Assembly (NCBI GenBank): GCA_016840405.1
Contig: JAEOSK010000008.1
Span: forward strand, 1-64,000
Reading direction: 5' to 3'
From: Candidatus Hermodarchaeum yapensis
GTDB lineage: Archaea; Asgardarchaeota; Hermodarchaeia; Hermodarchaeales; Hermodarchaeaceae
DNA: 64,000 nucleotides
The notes beneath the pieces were generated by a model. It was not told the DNA's origin. It saw only the letters and a list, made by a program, of their open reading frames with translations, and made no database searches. The position numbers and the translations under genes are program-made. How positions within the stretch are numbered: position 1 is the stretch's first letter; the number at the start of each line of letters is the position of its first letter. Below, piece by piece: positions 30,316 to 40,127 of this stretch.

Positions 30316-30693
30316 TTAGGTCATATGACCCGAATCTTCTAAGAATTGCAATGATTCAGGTGAAAGTTCATTCTGAATGAATTCAGCTCCTTTTTCAGTA
30401 AGCGCGATTTGTGTTGCGAATTGGTGTTCTCCATAGATGACTACAAACCCTTTATCTTTCAATCGTTGGAGAGACGAAAATACAATCTGATTAAGTTCTT
30501 CGTCAGTAACATTGGGCTGTCCATCGGGTCGTTGGAACTCAGGAGTATGTTTGAGGACATGACGCAAAGATGCCATAGATCGGCGCCGTGTCTCATGAGG
30601 ATTCGAGTAGAGCCATAACAATAGGATGAAATCTATAAGCTCTCCAGAAAGATGACGTTGCATTTGGCGCGCAATATAATAGACGGCTGGCAA
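30316..30693 (-). CDS. Winged-helix domain protein
   Basis: SLQRLKDKGFV...IALTEKG. Confidence 0.6.
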   Translation of the reverse strand: MPAVYYIARQMQRHLSGELIDFILLLWLYSNPHETRRRSMASLRHVLKHTPEFQRPDGQPNVTDEELNQIVFSSLQRLKDKGFVVIYGEHQFATQIALTEKGAEFIQNELSPESLQFLEDSGHMT

Positions 30694-30753
30694 TCTCTTC
30701 GCTCCATCTAATTGAGAATAGTTGTTTAAAACTTATCAATAGTTGCTCTCCGA

Positions 30754-31509
30754 TTAATCGCCAGTCCATTGGTAATTTCCTTTAGGTGTTTTAATCACAT
30801 ATCCTTGACTTCGAAGTAACGTAAGAGCTTCTTCACTATCCACTTCTGAAATTGATTCGTTCTCAAGTTGTTCAATTAGCTGAGTGTGATTAATCAGCGT
30901 GGACGATTTTCGGATGATATCAGCAATCTTACGGGCTAGCTTAGTAGGGCTCATTCTCGGTGTTGCCACTTCGTCAGTTTTGGCTTCATCTCCTACTAGA
31001 CATATTTGCCAAGGTTTGGGAGATATGAGATGACCTGAACGGATGAGTCCTTCGATTTGTCGCACCGTCCAATCCCAGGGAATCCCTGCCTTTTGACACT
31101 CCTGCTCTAGGTTCTGTAAATCAAGTGTTTTTGTCCGTGCATGTTGGTAAAGTATTTTTTCCAGTTCACGGCGTCTGGTTGAGACCGGTTGGTGAGGCGC
31201 TTCTTTTTCTTGAATTTGGTTCAAATCTACTTGCTCTTGGGGAATTAGCGGCTTAATATGTGCTCGTGCTTTCTCTACAGCAGCCATGAATTCCTGATGG
31301 TGTTTTCCGGTTTGATATAATTTAACACGAGTTCTAGCTGTTTTGGCGTCCTCGACAAAAATAGCATTTAGCGGATTTATTTTGAAGATACGTTGGCAGT
31401 AGACACAAAGTCGCGTTTTTTGGCTCGTTGGTGCATAAGTATATCGTCCACATTTTGGACATCGGATGATATAAAATCCGGATCGAGGCATCAGCACATT
31501 CACTGCCAC
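30754..31509 (-). CDS. DUF1922-like zinc ribbon plus winged-helix domains
   Basis: CPKC...CVYC; two C-terminal L...G.I..P wHTH motifs. Confidence 0.6.
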   Translation of the reverse strand: MAVNVLMPRSGFYIIRCPKCGRYTYAPTSQKTRLCVYCQRIFKINPLNAIFVEDAKTARTRVKLYQTGKHHQEFMAAVEKARAHIKPLIPQEQVDLNQIQEKEAPHQPVSTRRRELEKILYQHARTKTLDLQNLEQECQKAGIPWDWTVRQIEGLIRSGHLISPKPWQICLVGDEAKTDEVATPRMSPTKLARKIADIIRKSSTLINHTQLIEQLENESISEVDSEEALTLLRSQGYVIKTPKGNYQWTGD

Positions 31510-31558
31510 AAGCCTAATTAGCCTTTCCTGTTTAAAGTCCTCAGTTGGGAATCACCAA

Positions 31559-31870
31559 ATGACCTTTGGATTAGATCGGTTTTTCCAGAAGGAAAAAGAA
31601 AAGAAAAAACCCGAAGAAAAAAAGGACGCACCAGAAGTGGAGATTAAGGAAGTGGAAACCGCTGAATCTCGTGATTGGCACTCAATCTTAGAAGAAACCG
31701 TCAAATCCATGGTTCTTTATCCTCACTTGTTGGATTATACGCGAACCAACATTCTCCCCAAACGGCCCTCCATTACACCTGAAGAATTAGCAGTTCAACT
31801 TCGGGTCCCCCTAGGCGTTGCCATGATCCTTCTTGATAAGCTTCAGAGTGAGACAAAAGAAACAAAATAA
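31559..31870 (+). CDS. Hypothetical protein with C-terminal HTH
   Basis: ATG start, charged linker, ITPEELAVQLRVPLGVA. Confidence 0.55.
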   Translation: MTFGLDRFFQKEKEKKKPEEKKDAPEVEIKEVETAESRDWHSILEETVKSMVLYPHLLDYTRTNILPKRPSITPEELAVQLRVPLGVAMILLDKLQSETKETK

Positions 31871-31882
31871 CATATCAGAAAA

Positions 31883-32647
31883 TCATGTTAGGGGCTGTGC
31901 TGAATTATAGAGATATAAAAAGTAAATTTTTGCTAGTTCCACCAGTTCTGTATGGCTTGACCAAATTGCTAGCGGTTCAGCAGGTTCAGATGTCAACATG
32001 ATGACGGCTTGTTTATCATCAATAATTGCTCCCCCGCCATAGATCTCTTTCCTTTTACGACCTTCACCTACAGCTAGAATAAGACGATTCACTTTATCTG
32101 TCAATGTCTGTTCAGACGCAAGAATCTGGATTTTCACCCCCCGGTCCCGGAGATGTAACAAAGTGGGGCTAATGAAGTCAATATCGCTTTTACTCACAAT
32201 TCCCCAGGAAAGCAAGACATGCCGTTCTGCCTGACCTAATGCAATATTCAACTTAGCGCGAACGTTATTTGATCCGTGGAGAATATGAACTTCAGGCGCA
32301 GAAATCCGAGTCTTATCATCAAAAGAAGGTTGTAGGTCATCGACGACACGTTGTTCCCATTCAGTTAGACGTTCTTGGGCGTTAAGCACAGCCGCTTTTG
32401 ATGTTTCGCGGGGACTTTTCGGTACATATCGCTTTGGGCGTCCTTGTTCAATAGTTATCCAGCCTCCTCGCTCCAAAGCTGCTAAAACATCGTATACTCT
32501 GCTAAAGGGAATTCTTGACTGAGAACTAACTTCACTCGCAGTTAGTGCTCCACTTCGGACCAAGGTGACATAGACTCGCGCTTCATAACTACTCAGGCCA
32601 AGGTTTCTGAGAGCCCGCATAGTTCTTTCGTCCATTCGTTCGCTCAT
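31883..32647 (-). CDS. TrmB-family transcriptional regulator
   Basis: LGLSSYEARVY, IPFSRVYDVL, RPKRY, PLD-like C-terminal domain. Confidence 0.9.
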   Translation of the reverse strand: MSERMDERTMRALRNLGLSSYEARVYVTLVRSGALTASEVSSQSRIPFSRVYDVLAALERGGWITIEQGRPKRYVPKSPRETSKAAVLNAQERLTEWEQRVVDDLQPSFDDKTRISAPEVHILHGSNNVRAKLNIALGQAERHVLLSWGIVSKSDIDFISPTLLHLRDRGVKIQILASEQTLTDKVNRLILAVGEGRKRKEIYGGGAIIDDKQAVIMLTSEPAEPLAIWSSHTELVELAKIYFLYLYNSAQPLT

Positions 32648-32726
32648 ATCAACACCACTTCGAACGCTCATAGCACTCGGAAAAATCTTTTTGGTTACCA
32701 TGTGAATGTAATAACGGTGTGACATT

Positions 32727-33650
32727 ATGGGAAATGTCCGACAACCTTCAGCCTTTGGGTTCTATCCACCTGATAAAACTTCGCTAGAAAACGCAATCAA
32801 GGACGCTTTTTCCGATACACATGGTGCTGGCGATATCCCAACGGTGAGTTCAGAAAGATCTGAAAAAATCGTCGCTGGCATATCACCCCATGCCGGCTTC
32901 GTATATTCAGGTCCGATAGCCTCACATCTCTACAACGCTATCGCACAAGATGGGTTTCCTGAAACTTTCGTTCTTATTGGTCCAAAGCACGGTTACATGC
33001 GGTTTCAAGGTGCAGCTCTAATGGTAGAAGGAATGTGGGAAACACCACTTGGAAAGGTTCCCATTGATAATTCACTTGCGAAATCTCTACTCAAGGAAAG
33101 TGAAGAATCCAAAACCAACTGTATGATGGCTAGTTCCGAAGCTCATCTAGATGAACACTCATTAGAAGTCCAGTTACCATTTCTACAATTCTTGGCTGGG
33201 AAGCGACCATTTCAAATCGTACCCCTGGTTATCTCCTCACCCAATTATGCGATCTGCGAAAAAATTGGTAACATAATCGCGAACTCTATTCAAAAAAACA
33301 AACGTGATGTAATCATAATTGCGAGTACAGACTTTACACATTATGGCAAATATTTCTACAATTACGCACCCGTAGGAAGCGGACCCGTTGAAAAAGTGGT
33401 AAAATGGGTTCATGAAACCGATGGAGATCTTATTCACAAGATTGAACAATTGGATGGTAATGCACTTTTGGGTACTGTTGTGAATGAGCGCCGAACGATG
33501 TGTGGTGCAAGTGCAGTTGCTTCGTCTATTGTAGCTGCACAACGACTTGGGGCTGAAAAAGGCCAATTGCTCAAGTATGCAACAAGTTATGATGTTCGAG
33601 GTAGCTCAGAAGCAATAGTAGGATATGCATCGATTGCTCTTCAACGCTAA
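32727..33650 (+). CDS. MEMO1 family protein (AmmeMemoRadiSam B)
   Basis: PHAGFVYSG, EHSLEVQLPFLQ, ASTDFTHY, TMCG, VGYAS. Confidence 0.93.
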   Translation: MGNVRQPSAFGFYPPDKTSLENAIKDAFSDTHGAGDIPTVSSERSEKIVAGISPHAGFVYSGPIASHLYNAIAQDGFPETFVLIGPKHGYMRFQGAALMVEGMWETPLGKVPIDNSLAKSLLKESEESKTNCMMASSEAHLDEHSLEVQLPFLQFLAGKRPFQIVPLVISSPNYAICEKIGNIIANSIQKNKRDVIIIASTDFTHYGKYFYNYAPVGSGPVEKVVKWVHETDGDLIHKIEQLDGNALLGTVVNERRTMCGASAVASSIVAAQRLGAEKGQLLKYATSYDVRGSSEAIVGYASIALQR

Positions 33651-34249
33651 TCTGTTATTATCATTTTTTGAACTGTCATTCCCTTTTTGAAGGCTGTGAT
33701 ATTCATCTCATGGTAGCGAGCTGGTAATACGTCCTTAATTGCTTCAATAATTGAGCTCTCCTTCATAGGGATAAGGTCTAAATCGAATGCCGCACCAACC
33801 AACACGGTATTCATAGTCATTATTCCTCCAGCTTGTCGGGCCATACGTTCAGCATTAAACGTGATGACTCTTGCGAATTTACTCAATTCGTCAAAAATCT
33901 CATCTACAGTCGGATATTCGGATCGACCTAACATCACTGCTGTCGGTGTAATCTTATATTCACCAACGATTATCGTCCCGTTTGGCGAAATGAGATTGGC
34001 TTGTCGAAGGGCTTCAACGGGTTCAATGCTTAAGAGTAAATCAGCTTCTCCAATTGGGATAATCGGACCATAAACGGATTCTCCAATTCGAATCGCACAG
34101 TTCACAATTCCCCCACGTTGTGCCATTCCATGAATTTCTCCCATCCTGACTTTTTGTCCCTCAATAAGGGCTGCGGTTGCTAATACTCGAGCTGCAGTTA
34201 AGACACCGGATCCGCCGACACCGGTGAACATGATATTATGCGCTTTCAT
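33647..34249 (-). CDS. iorB: Indolepyruvate:ferredoxin oxidoreductase beta subunit
   Basis: GVGGSG, EIHGMAQRGG, EPVEALR. Confidence 0.92.
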   Translation of the reverse strand: MKAHNIMFTGVGGSGVLTAARVLATAALIEGQKVRMGEIHGMAQRGGIVNCAIRIGESVYGPIIPIGEADLLLSIEPVEALRQANLISPNGTIIVGEYKITPTAVMLGRSEYPTVDEIFDELSKFARVITFNAERMARQAGGIMTMNTVLVGAAFDLDLIPMKESSIIEAIKDVLPARYHEMNITAFKKGMTVQKMIITD

Positions 34250-36128
34250 TGGGCTCTACCTCTCGAATAGCTTTGTAAGGGCAAATTTGTGCACAAACTC
34301 CACATCCTGAGCAAAGGGCTAAATCAATTGATGCATGCTCTCCTTCCCAAATGGTTGCTGCACAGCCCAATTTATCTGTACAAACCCTGCAACCTTGGCA
34401 TACCTCAGGATCTACCTGATAAGGAACAAGGGGCTCCTTTTCACGCCGTTTTCTAGCTCTTTCTATCAGAGCACATGGACTTTTTGAAATCACGACTGCA
34501 GGACCATCAAAAGCTACAGCTTCCCGGATTGTTCGGATTGATTCTTTGACCTGAAGAGGATCAATAGTTTTGATAAAAGGAACACCAATACCTCGAGCTA
34601 CTTCCTCAATGCTTATGGGTTTCCCTTCAACACCCATTCCAGTAATTCCAGTTCCTGGGTGTGGTTGGTGCCCTGTCATTGCGGTGGTTTCATTATCGAC
34701 TACAATGATTTTGACAGGGTGTTTATTGTAGACTGCATTCACTAAACCGGTTATTCCTGAGTGAAAGAATGTGGAATCTCCAATGGCTCCAATGATTGGT
34801 TTATCAAGAATTGCTGTTAGCCCGCAAGCTGTCCCAATACTTGATCCCATGCAAAGTAACAAATCTGCTAATTCGAGGGGAGGTTGAATTGCCAAAGTAT
34901 AACAACCAATGTCTGTTGGGTAAATTCCCTTTCGACCGGTAGCAGTTGCAACTTCGTAAAACGTTGCTCGATGTGGGCATCCAGAACAAAGGATTGGAGG
35001 GCGGGGTGGTAATTCGGACATTGGTTCGGATAGTTTCTCATTGATTTCAGTAAGATGTACAGGTATTTCTCTATCTAAGGCTCGGGCTATTCCCTCAGTA
35101 ACTTTGTGTGGGGTTAGTTCACCAATTTCTGAGAAAAATTCCTGACTTTTTCCTAAAATCGGTGTAACGATTCCTGCTTCTTGAGCGTAAGCTCTGGCAT
35201 GATATTCAAGGTAGGGCTTTAACTCTTCAACGATGACGACTTTTTCTTTTTGTGCAATGAACTTTTGAATTTTCTTCTTTGGAAGAGGATAACTCATACC
35301 GATCTTTAAGACCGCTGCCTTTACTTTCAGTGCCCTGATTACCTCTATTACATAGTTAAAACTAACACCAGATGTTATGATACCGATTTTCCCTTTTCCA
35401 TGAATCTGGTTCCATTCACTTTTTTCTGATATTGCAGTGGCTTGTTTAATTTTTTCAACTAAAATAGGGTGGCGTTTTCGTGCTACTGCTGGAATAGTAA
35501 CAAATCGAAAAGGATCTCTCTCAAAATTCGGGTTATTTCGGGGTGGTCGGATGGGACCAAGTTCAACATCAGCACGAGTATGACTTACTCGGGTTGTCAC
35601 ACGCAGTAAAATTGGCTGTTCAAGTTTCTCTGAAAGCTCAAAGGCTGCTACGGTCATATCCTTGGCTTCTTGAGGGTCTGCGGGCTCAAGCATAATTGTA
35701 TCACCAAGTAAAGCAAATATCCGGTTATCTTGCTCGTTTTGAGAACTCCAACAACCTGGATCATCTGCTGTCACAATGATCATACCGCCACGTACACCAA
35801 TGTAATTTAGAGTCATGAATGCATCTGAGGCTACATTAAGTCCAACATGCTTCATAGCAACAAGAGATCTTGCGTTTGCTATAGCTGCCGCACCAGCCAC
35901 TTCCATTGCCACTTTCTCATTTGTGCAATATTCGAAGTAGAACTTACCAACCTTAGCAGCTTGAAATAAACTATCACCAATCTCAGATGCTGGTGTGCCT
36001 GGATAAGTTGAAGCTAATTCTAATCCTGCTTCGATTGCTCCACGAGCTATCGCTTCATTTCCGAGAAGAAGGTAGCGCTTGCCCGGGGCCTCTTTTGTGA
36101 GAATCTCAGCGATATCCATTGAACTCAC
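34236..36128 (-). CDS. iorA: Indolepyruvate:ferredoxin oxidoreductase alpha subunit
   Basis: GNEAIARG, YPGTP, KHVGLNVA, SSQNEQD, CSGCPH, GDSTFFH, C-terminal ferredoxin. Confidence 0.95.
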   Translation of the reverse strand: MSSMDIAEILTKEAPGKRYLLLGNEAIARGAIEAGLELASTYPGTPASEIGDSLFQAAKVGKFYFEYCTNEKVAMEVAGAAAIANARSLVAMKHVGLNVASDAFMTLNYIGVRGGMIIVTADDPGCWSSQNEQDNRIFALLGDTIMLEPADPQEAKDMTVAAFELSEKLEQPILLRVTTRVSHTRADVELGPIRPPRNNPNFERDPFRFVTIPAVARKRHPILVEKIKQATAISEKSEWNQIHGKGKIGIITSGVSFNYVIEVIRALKVKAAVLKIGMSYPLPKKKIQKFIAQKEKVVIVEELKPYLEYHARAYAQEAGIVTPILGKSQEFFSEIGELTPHKVTEGIARALDREIPVHLTEINEKLSEPMSELPPRPPILCSGCPHRATFYEVATATGRKGIYPTDIGCYTLAIQPPLELADLLLCMGSSIGTACGLTAILDKPIIGAIGDSTFFHSGITGLVNAVYNKHPVKIIVVDNETTAMTGHQPHPGTGITGMGVEGKPISIEEVARGIGVPFIKTIDPLQVKESIRTIREAVAFDGPAVVISKSPCALIERARKRREKEPLVPYQVDPEVCQGCRVCTDKLGCAATIWEGEHASIDLALCSGCGVCAQICPYKAIREVEPNESA

Positions 36129-36194
36129 CGTATTTCCAAACGGTTTAAACGGAGTTACAATACACTATTTTACAGTTTGTAATTTTTAGAAAAG

Positions 36195-36584
36195 GTGAAA
36201 CCAGTGGGTGAGTGGCGACTTACGATCAAAGCCTCAGAGCGAGTTCTAACTGACGTTCTCGATAAAACTGGGGCATTAATGATTCGACCAAGGTACATCA
36301 ACCAATTGAAGGATATTTCACAAACACAGAAGGTCAAATTTAAGGTAAAATCTCCTGAGGGTGTGAATAAACTCCCTTCCAGTTTTGTCGTCGTTGAGAT
36401 GGATTATACTGATAATCAAGTGAAACAAGTGACTGGTTTATTTGAATATGCATACGGGGCAATACGGTTAGTAGCCGTAGATAATGAAAAACTGGCTGAA
36501 GGAAGTGGAGACGAATTAGTTGCTTTTTTTGAGGCTCCATTACAAAAGAGGACTGGAACCAATATTCGTGTCTATGAGTCATGA
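36195..36584 (+). CDS. Hypothetical protein
   Basis: Open frame with GGTGA RBS filling the intergenic gap; no motif recognised. Confidence 0.55.
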   Translation: MKPVGEWRLTIKASERVLTDVLDKTGALMIRPRYINQLKDISQTQKVKFKVKSPEGVNKLPSSFVVVEMDYTDNQVKQVTGLFEYAYGAIRLVAVDNEKLAEGSGDELVAFFEAPLQKRTGTNIRVYES

Positions 36585-36609
36585 CCAAATATTTTTAACT
36601 CCATTTCAT

Positions 36610-38031
36610 TTACGGAATGAAGGGCTGAACTGCTTTCTTTAGAATCCACAGTGCTTGTTTTCCAATTAATGTACTTCCTTGGTTTGAAACACTAATTGGT
36701 GTTAGTTTTGGTGAAAGCGTATTATTCGCTAGAAAGTGTTGAATAGCATTGCCCACATTTTTGAATCTCCGTTGGATTTCAACATGGTATCGACCATTTC
36801 GCAAGTAAGCGTTAGGGTGCTTTTTGGTAAATTTATCAACCTCATCAGGAAAATCAGATGGAGGACCTATTCGTGTGTAGGATTTGCTAATCTCATTTTT
36901 TTCTACATTAAGTGCTATAACAAATACGGGTGCTTCAAATACTTCTTCAAACACAATAGACCCAAATCGGGGTTCACCTGTGGCTTCCCGGCTCAAGAAT
37001 TTTTGTAACTTAGTAAAATATCGATAGAGTTTATCACGAGTCTTGGTATAATGCCACCCTGTCTCATCCTGAAACTCGATGACAAAATAATTATCACTCT
37101 CTATTTTGAGTTCATCTAAAGCTAAAACCGGAATTTGTGCCATTTTAAAAAACGCAAGTGAGGGCTCTCGCAATAACTGACATGCATTATGTTGAGCGAA
37201 ACGATAAGCACGTTCGGAGATACTTGATGCGATATTCCGATTAGGATCAGTGGGATCGGTAATAATCAGTTCTTCTCTTCGAAATTTTTGTAGGAGTTCA
37301 TCTGAGGGGCGAGAAAAATAATCAAGTGGTTTGGGTGGGGCCTGAGAAAGAAATTCAAAAACAGAATCTAGGCTCTGATTGTGATAAACTATCATTTCTG
37401 TGCTAAAGCCTGTGAATCCACTTCGGCCAACAGGGCTGGTATCTCCATATACATATACCGAATGAAAGAATGCTTTCAAAAGACGGACATCATCTCGTTG
37501 ATTTTTTGACAACTGAGAATCAACAAATTGACTGTGATGCGGGGTACGATCAACCGCCGTTATTGGCCCGGTTTTGAAAATATACTCCGGAGATAGGTCA
37601 AATCCAAAAACGATGTCAACTTTATAATTATCAAGTGTAGCTGAAGCATAGGGGTGTTCAGCATATTTTACTTGCCAAGAAGAGCACCCTGCTTCTTTAA
37701 TCGCTTCAACTGCGATTTCTTCTACCAATTGTTTGAAGAGTTTACGAAGTTTCGGTTTCGATGGTTTTTCTTTGTCAATTGGTTTTGGTAGTATCGACGT
37801 AGGCAACCCTATGAATATGTCCAACTCTCGCCAATTTCGTAGCTGAGTTTGTTTTCGTCCCGATGACCCTTCAAGGTTAATGAACGAGACTTCTACATTC
37901 TTCATCTCGGAAATGTGCAGGATTGCCCGTTTGATGCGGTTAAAGATCTGGAAACCTTCTTCAATTTCGGTTCGAGTTGGACGAATCTGATTGAGAATAG
38001 TACTCCGAATTTTACGTAACGTAGACATCAT
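36610..38031 (-). CDS. cca: CCA-adding enzyme, archaeal class I
   Basis: GS...ELDIF, YAEHPY, VDIV, TAVDRTPHH, VRLLK, DPTDPNRN. Confidence 0.88.
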   Translation of the reverse strand: MMSTLRKIRSTILNQIRPTRTEIEEGFQIFNRIKRAILHISEMKNVEVSFINLEGSSGRKQTQLRNWRELDIFIGLPTSILPKPIDKEKPSKPKLRKLFKQLVEEIAVEAIKEAGCSSWQVKYAEHPYASATLDNYKVDIVFGFDLSPEYIFKTGPITAVDRTPHHSQFVDSQLSKNQRDDVRLLKAFFHSVYVYGDTSPVGRSGFTGFSTEMIVYHNQSLDSVFEFLSQAPPKPLDYFSRPSDELLQKFRREELIITDPTDPNRNIASSISERAYRFAQHNACQLLREPSLAFFKMAQIPVLALDELKIESDNYFVIEFQDETGWHYTKTRDKLYRYFTKLQKFLSREATGEPRFGSIVFEEVFEAPVFVIALNVEKNEISKSYTRIGPPSDFPDEVDKFTKKHPNAYLRNGRYHVEIQRRFKNVGNAIQHFLANNTLSPKLTPISVSNQGSTLIGKQALWILKKAVQPFIP

Positions 38032-38100
38032 CTGATTTCTGGGCGACTATGCTTTTAAGTCATAAAGCCTAAGCCCTAGTTTGAGGGAGCCCGAACTCCT

Positions 38101-38556
38101 ATGTTGGATGAAGTAGATTTACAAATACTCCAAGTCTTGCAATCAAATTCTCGAATCTCATTTTCTGAGCTTGGTCGAAGTGTTGGGCTAAGCGCGACCG
38201 CCGCTCGAAATCGCATCAATAATCTAGTCTCTCGTGGGATTGTAACAAAACTTGGAGCTGAATTAGATTGGGAAAAAATTGGTTGGTCGATTCAATCACT
38301 ACTTCTAATTCGTACAGAGCATGGAAAAACAGAGGCGGTCACAAAGCAACTACATAAGCTACCACAAATTTTGTCAATCACGAAAACGGCTGGAACTGTG
38401 GATTTGGTTGTTCGCCTTATTGCAAGTGACGTCGCTGATTTCACAAACCTCCTTCATAAATCCTTATCCAAAATTCCGGGCATAACTAGCATGAACACAC
38501 TTATGGTACTTGACGAGGTCAATAATACGCCGCCCCTCTCTTCAAGTATGAAATGA
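38101..38556 (+). CDS. Lrp/AsnC-family regulator
   Basis: LDEVDLQIL..LQ.NSRISFSELG HTH plus RAM domain. Confidence 0.9.
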   Translation: MLDEVDLQILQVLQSNSRISFSELGRSVGLSATAARNRINNLVSRGIVTKLGAELDWEKIGWSIQSLLLIRTEHGKTEAVTKQLHKLPQILSITKTAGTVDLVVRLIASDVADFTNLLHKSLSKIPGITSMNTLMVLDEVNNTPPLSSSMK

Positions 38557-38558
38557 AA

Positions 38559-39209
38559 CTAGAAGATTCGCTCAATAATTTCTCCATTAACGCTAGTCTC
38601 TGAAAATATCTGAGCTTGGAATTTGTAGATTCTAACTTCTGATTTTAAGTAACTATCTGGAGGCAACCCTGCCTTTTGACAACATCCTTGTAGGAACTGC
38701 TCGGCATTCCAGCCTTGTTCTGGGGCTACTTGTGGAAGAAGAAGTCCTCGATGCCATCCTCGGCCTTCAATAATTAGTCCATCTTTTCCGACGGTAATGT
38801 GTTTTGCAAGTTTCTTCCGGTCCTGAACCTCAAGCTCTTCGGGAACCGTCAAAACACTGACTTCAACAAGGATTAATTCCAGCTCCTCTTCCTGAACAGG
38901 CGGGAATCTAGGGTCATCTAGGGCTGAACTCAAAGCGGCTTGACGTGTTGCTTCGAGAAGTGGAACAGGTTCAGCACGACTGATAGGACCTGGCGGTAAT
39001 CGACCAATACAGCCACGAAGCATCCACTTGTCTGCCTCCTCTCCTTGGCGTTTTTTCAGAGTTACAAATACTCCCCGGTTTTCATGCAGTGATTCAGAGT
39101 TAGTAGTTGGAATATCTAGTTGCTGTTTGTTTCGAATATACGTTTCAATAGTTTGCCGGGCGAATTTTGTTAACATGACCCCCTCTTCAAGTGTAAGCAA
39201 CCTAGACAT
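38559..39209 (-). CDS. AMMECR1 family protein (AmmeMemoRadiSam A)
   Basis: GVFVTL, LRGCIG, DPRF, EVSVLT, GLLLPQV. Confidence 0.92.
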   Translation of the reverse strand: MSRLLTLEEGVMLTKFARQTIETYIRNKQQLDIPTTNSESLHENRGVFVTLKKRQGEEADKWMLRGCIGRLPPGPISRAEPVPLLEATRQAALSSALDDPRFPPVQEEELELILVEVSVLTVPEELEVQDRKKLAKHITVGKDGLIIEGRGWHRGLLLPQVAPEQGWNAEQFLQGCCQKAGLPPDSYLKSEVRIYKFQAQIFSETSVNGEIIERIF

Positions 39210-39227
39210 GGCTAAATCACCCTAATT

Positions 39228-40061
39228 TCAATCAGCTTTTTTATTTACTTTGAATCGGTTCGCGACCAAATCTACCAAATTACGCCTTATCAGAATATTT
39301 TCCATGATCTCTTTTTTCATAACTGGTAAGAGGTGTTGGCGTGGACGAAGAAGTAGCTCCGCGGCTTCGGCAACCGTTGAGTCTGGTGTAACCGTTAATT
39401 CAGTACTCGTCATAATATTCATTACAAGAAAATCTCGTAATCGTGTGCTTTGATATTTTGCTGGGATTTCTCGACGAAACGCGGCGAAACCCAAAGCTAA
39501 ACGTTTCTTTGTCACTAAACCAATGACTTTTCTTTCCTCAAAGACAGGAAGCCCGGGCATATCTTCTGCTAGCATCAACTGACGGGCATGTACAACCCGA
39601 TCTGTGGGGCTTAAACTAATTGGCTCTTCCAATCTGAGATCACGAACAGAGAGATTATCAATATCTGTGCATTGCTTAACAAAATGAGTATTTGTGACAA
39701 TCCCCACAATCTCATCATTGTCCACAACAGGTAACGCGCGTTCTTTCCGCTTGTAGAGTAAATTTGCAGCTTCGAACATATCGGTTGACGGTGTAATAGT
39801 CTTGGGATTCAACTCCATTACTGAACTGACATAGATGCTTGCAGGTGTTAGCTTCCCCGCTCGAGCTGATCCTAACTTATCAAAAATATCGACTTCGGTT
39901 ATCAGGCCAATCAGCTTTTTTCCTTCTGTAACTGGAATCGCTGAGATTCCAAGTTTATCCATTATATCAAGCGCAACGGAGACAACTTGGTCTTTATCAA
40001 TGGTCTTTACTGGGCTTGCCATGATTTTTTCAACATGCACCAACCTCACCTCGTCACACAA
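39228..40061 (-). CDS. Tandem CBS-domain protein
   Basis: Four CBS-like repeats (IPV/LPV...GIVT). Confidence 0.88.
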   Translation of the reverse strand: MCDEVRLVHVEKIMASPVKTIDKDQVVSVALDIMDKLGISAIPVTEGKKLIGLITEVDIFDKLGSARAGKLTPASIYVSSVMELNPKTITPSTDMFEAANLLYKRKERALPVVDNDEIVGIVTNTHFVKQCTDIDNLSVRDLRLEEPISLSPTDRVVHARQLMLAEDMPGLPVFEERKVIGLVTKKRLALGFAAFRREIPAKYQSTRLRDFLVMNIMTSTELTVTPDSTVAEAAELLLRPRQHLLPVMKKEIMENILIRRNLVDLVANRFKVNKKAD

Positions 40062-40127
40062 CTGTTACCTCCAGGCTTCAAAATCCTTTGGCTCTTCCAC
40101 TTCGACCCTAATCAGCTTAAGCAAAAG

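Noticed and set aside
36610-38031. CCA enzyme inactive because of ELD in place of DxD
   Set aside because: ExD is normal in archaeal class I CCA enzymes, and the other motifs are intact.
16426-39209. AmmeMemoRadiSam components as a novel system
   Set aside because: Known widespread families, dispersed here rather than clustered.
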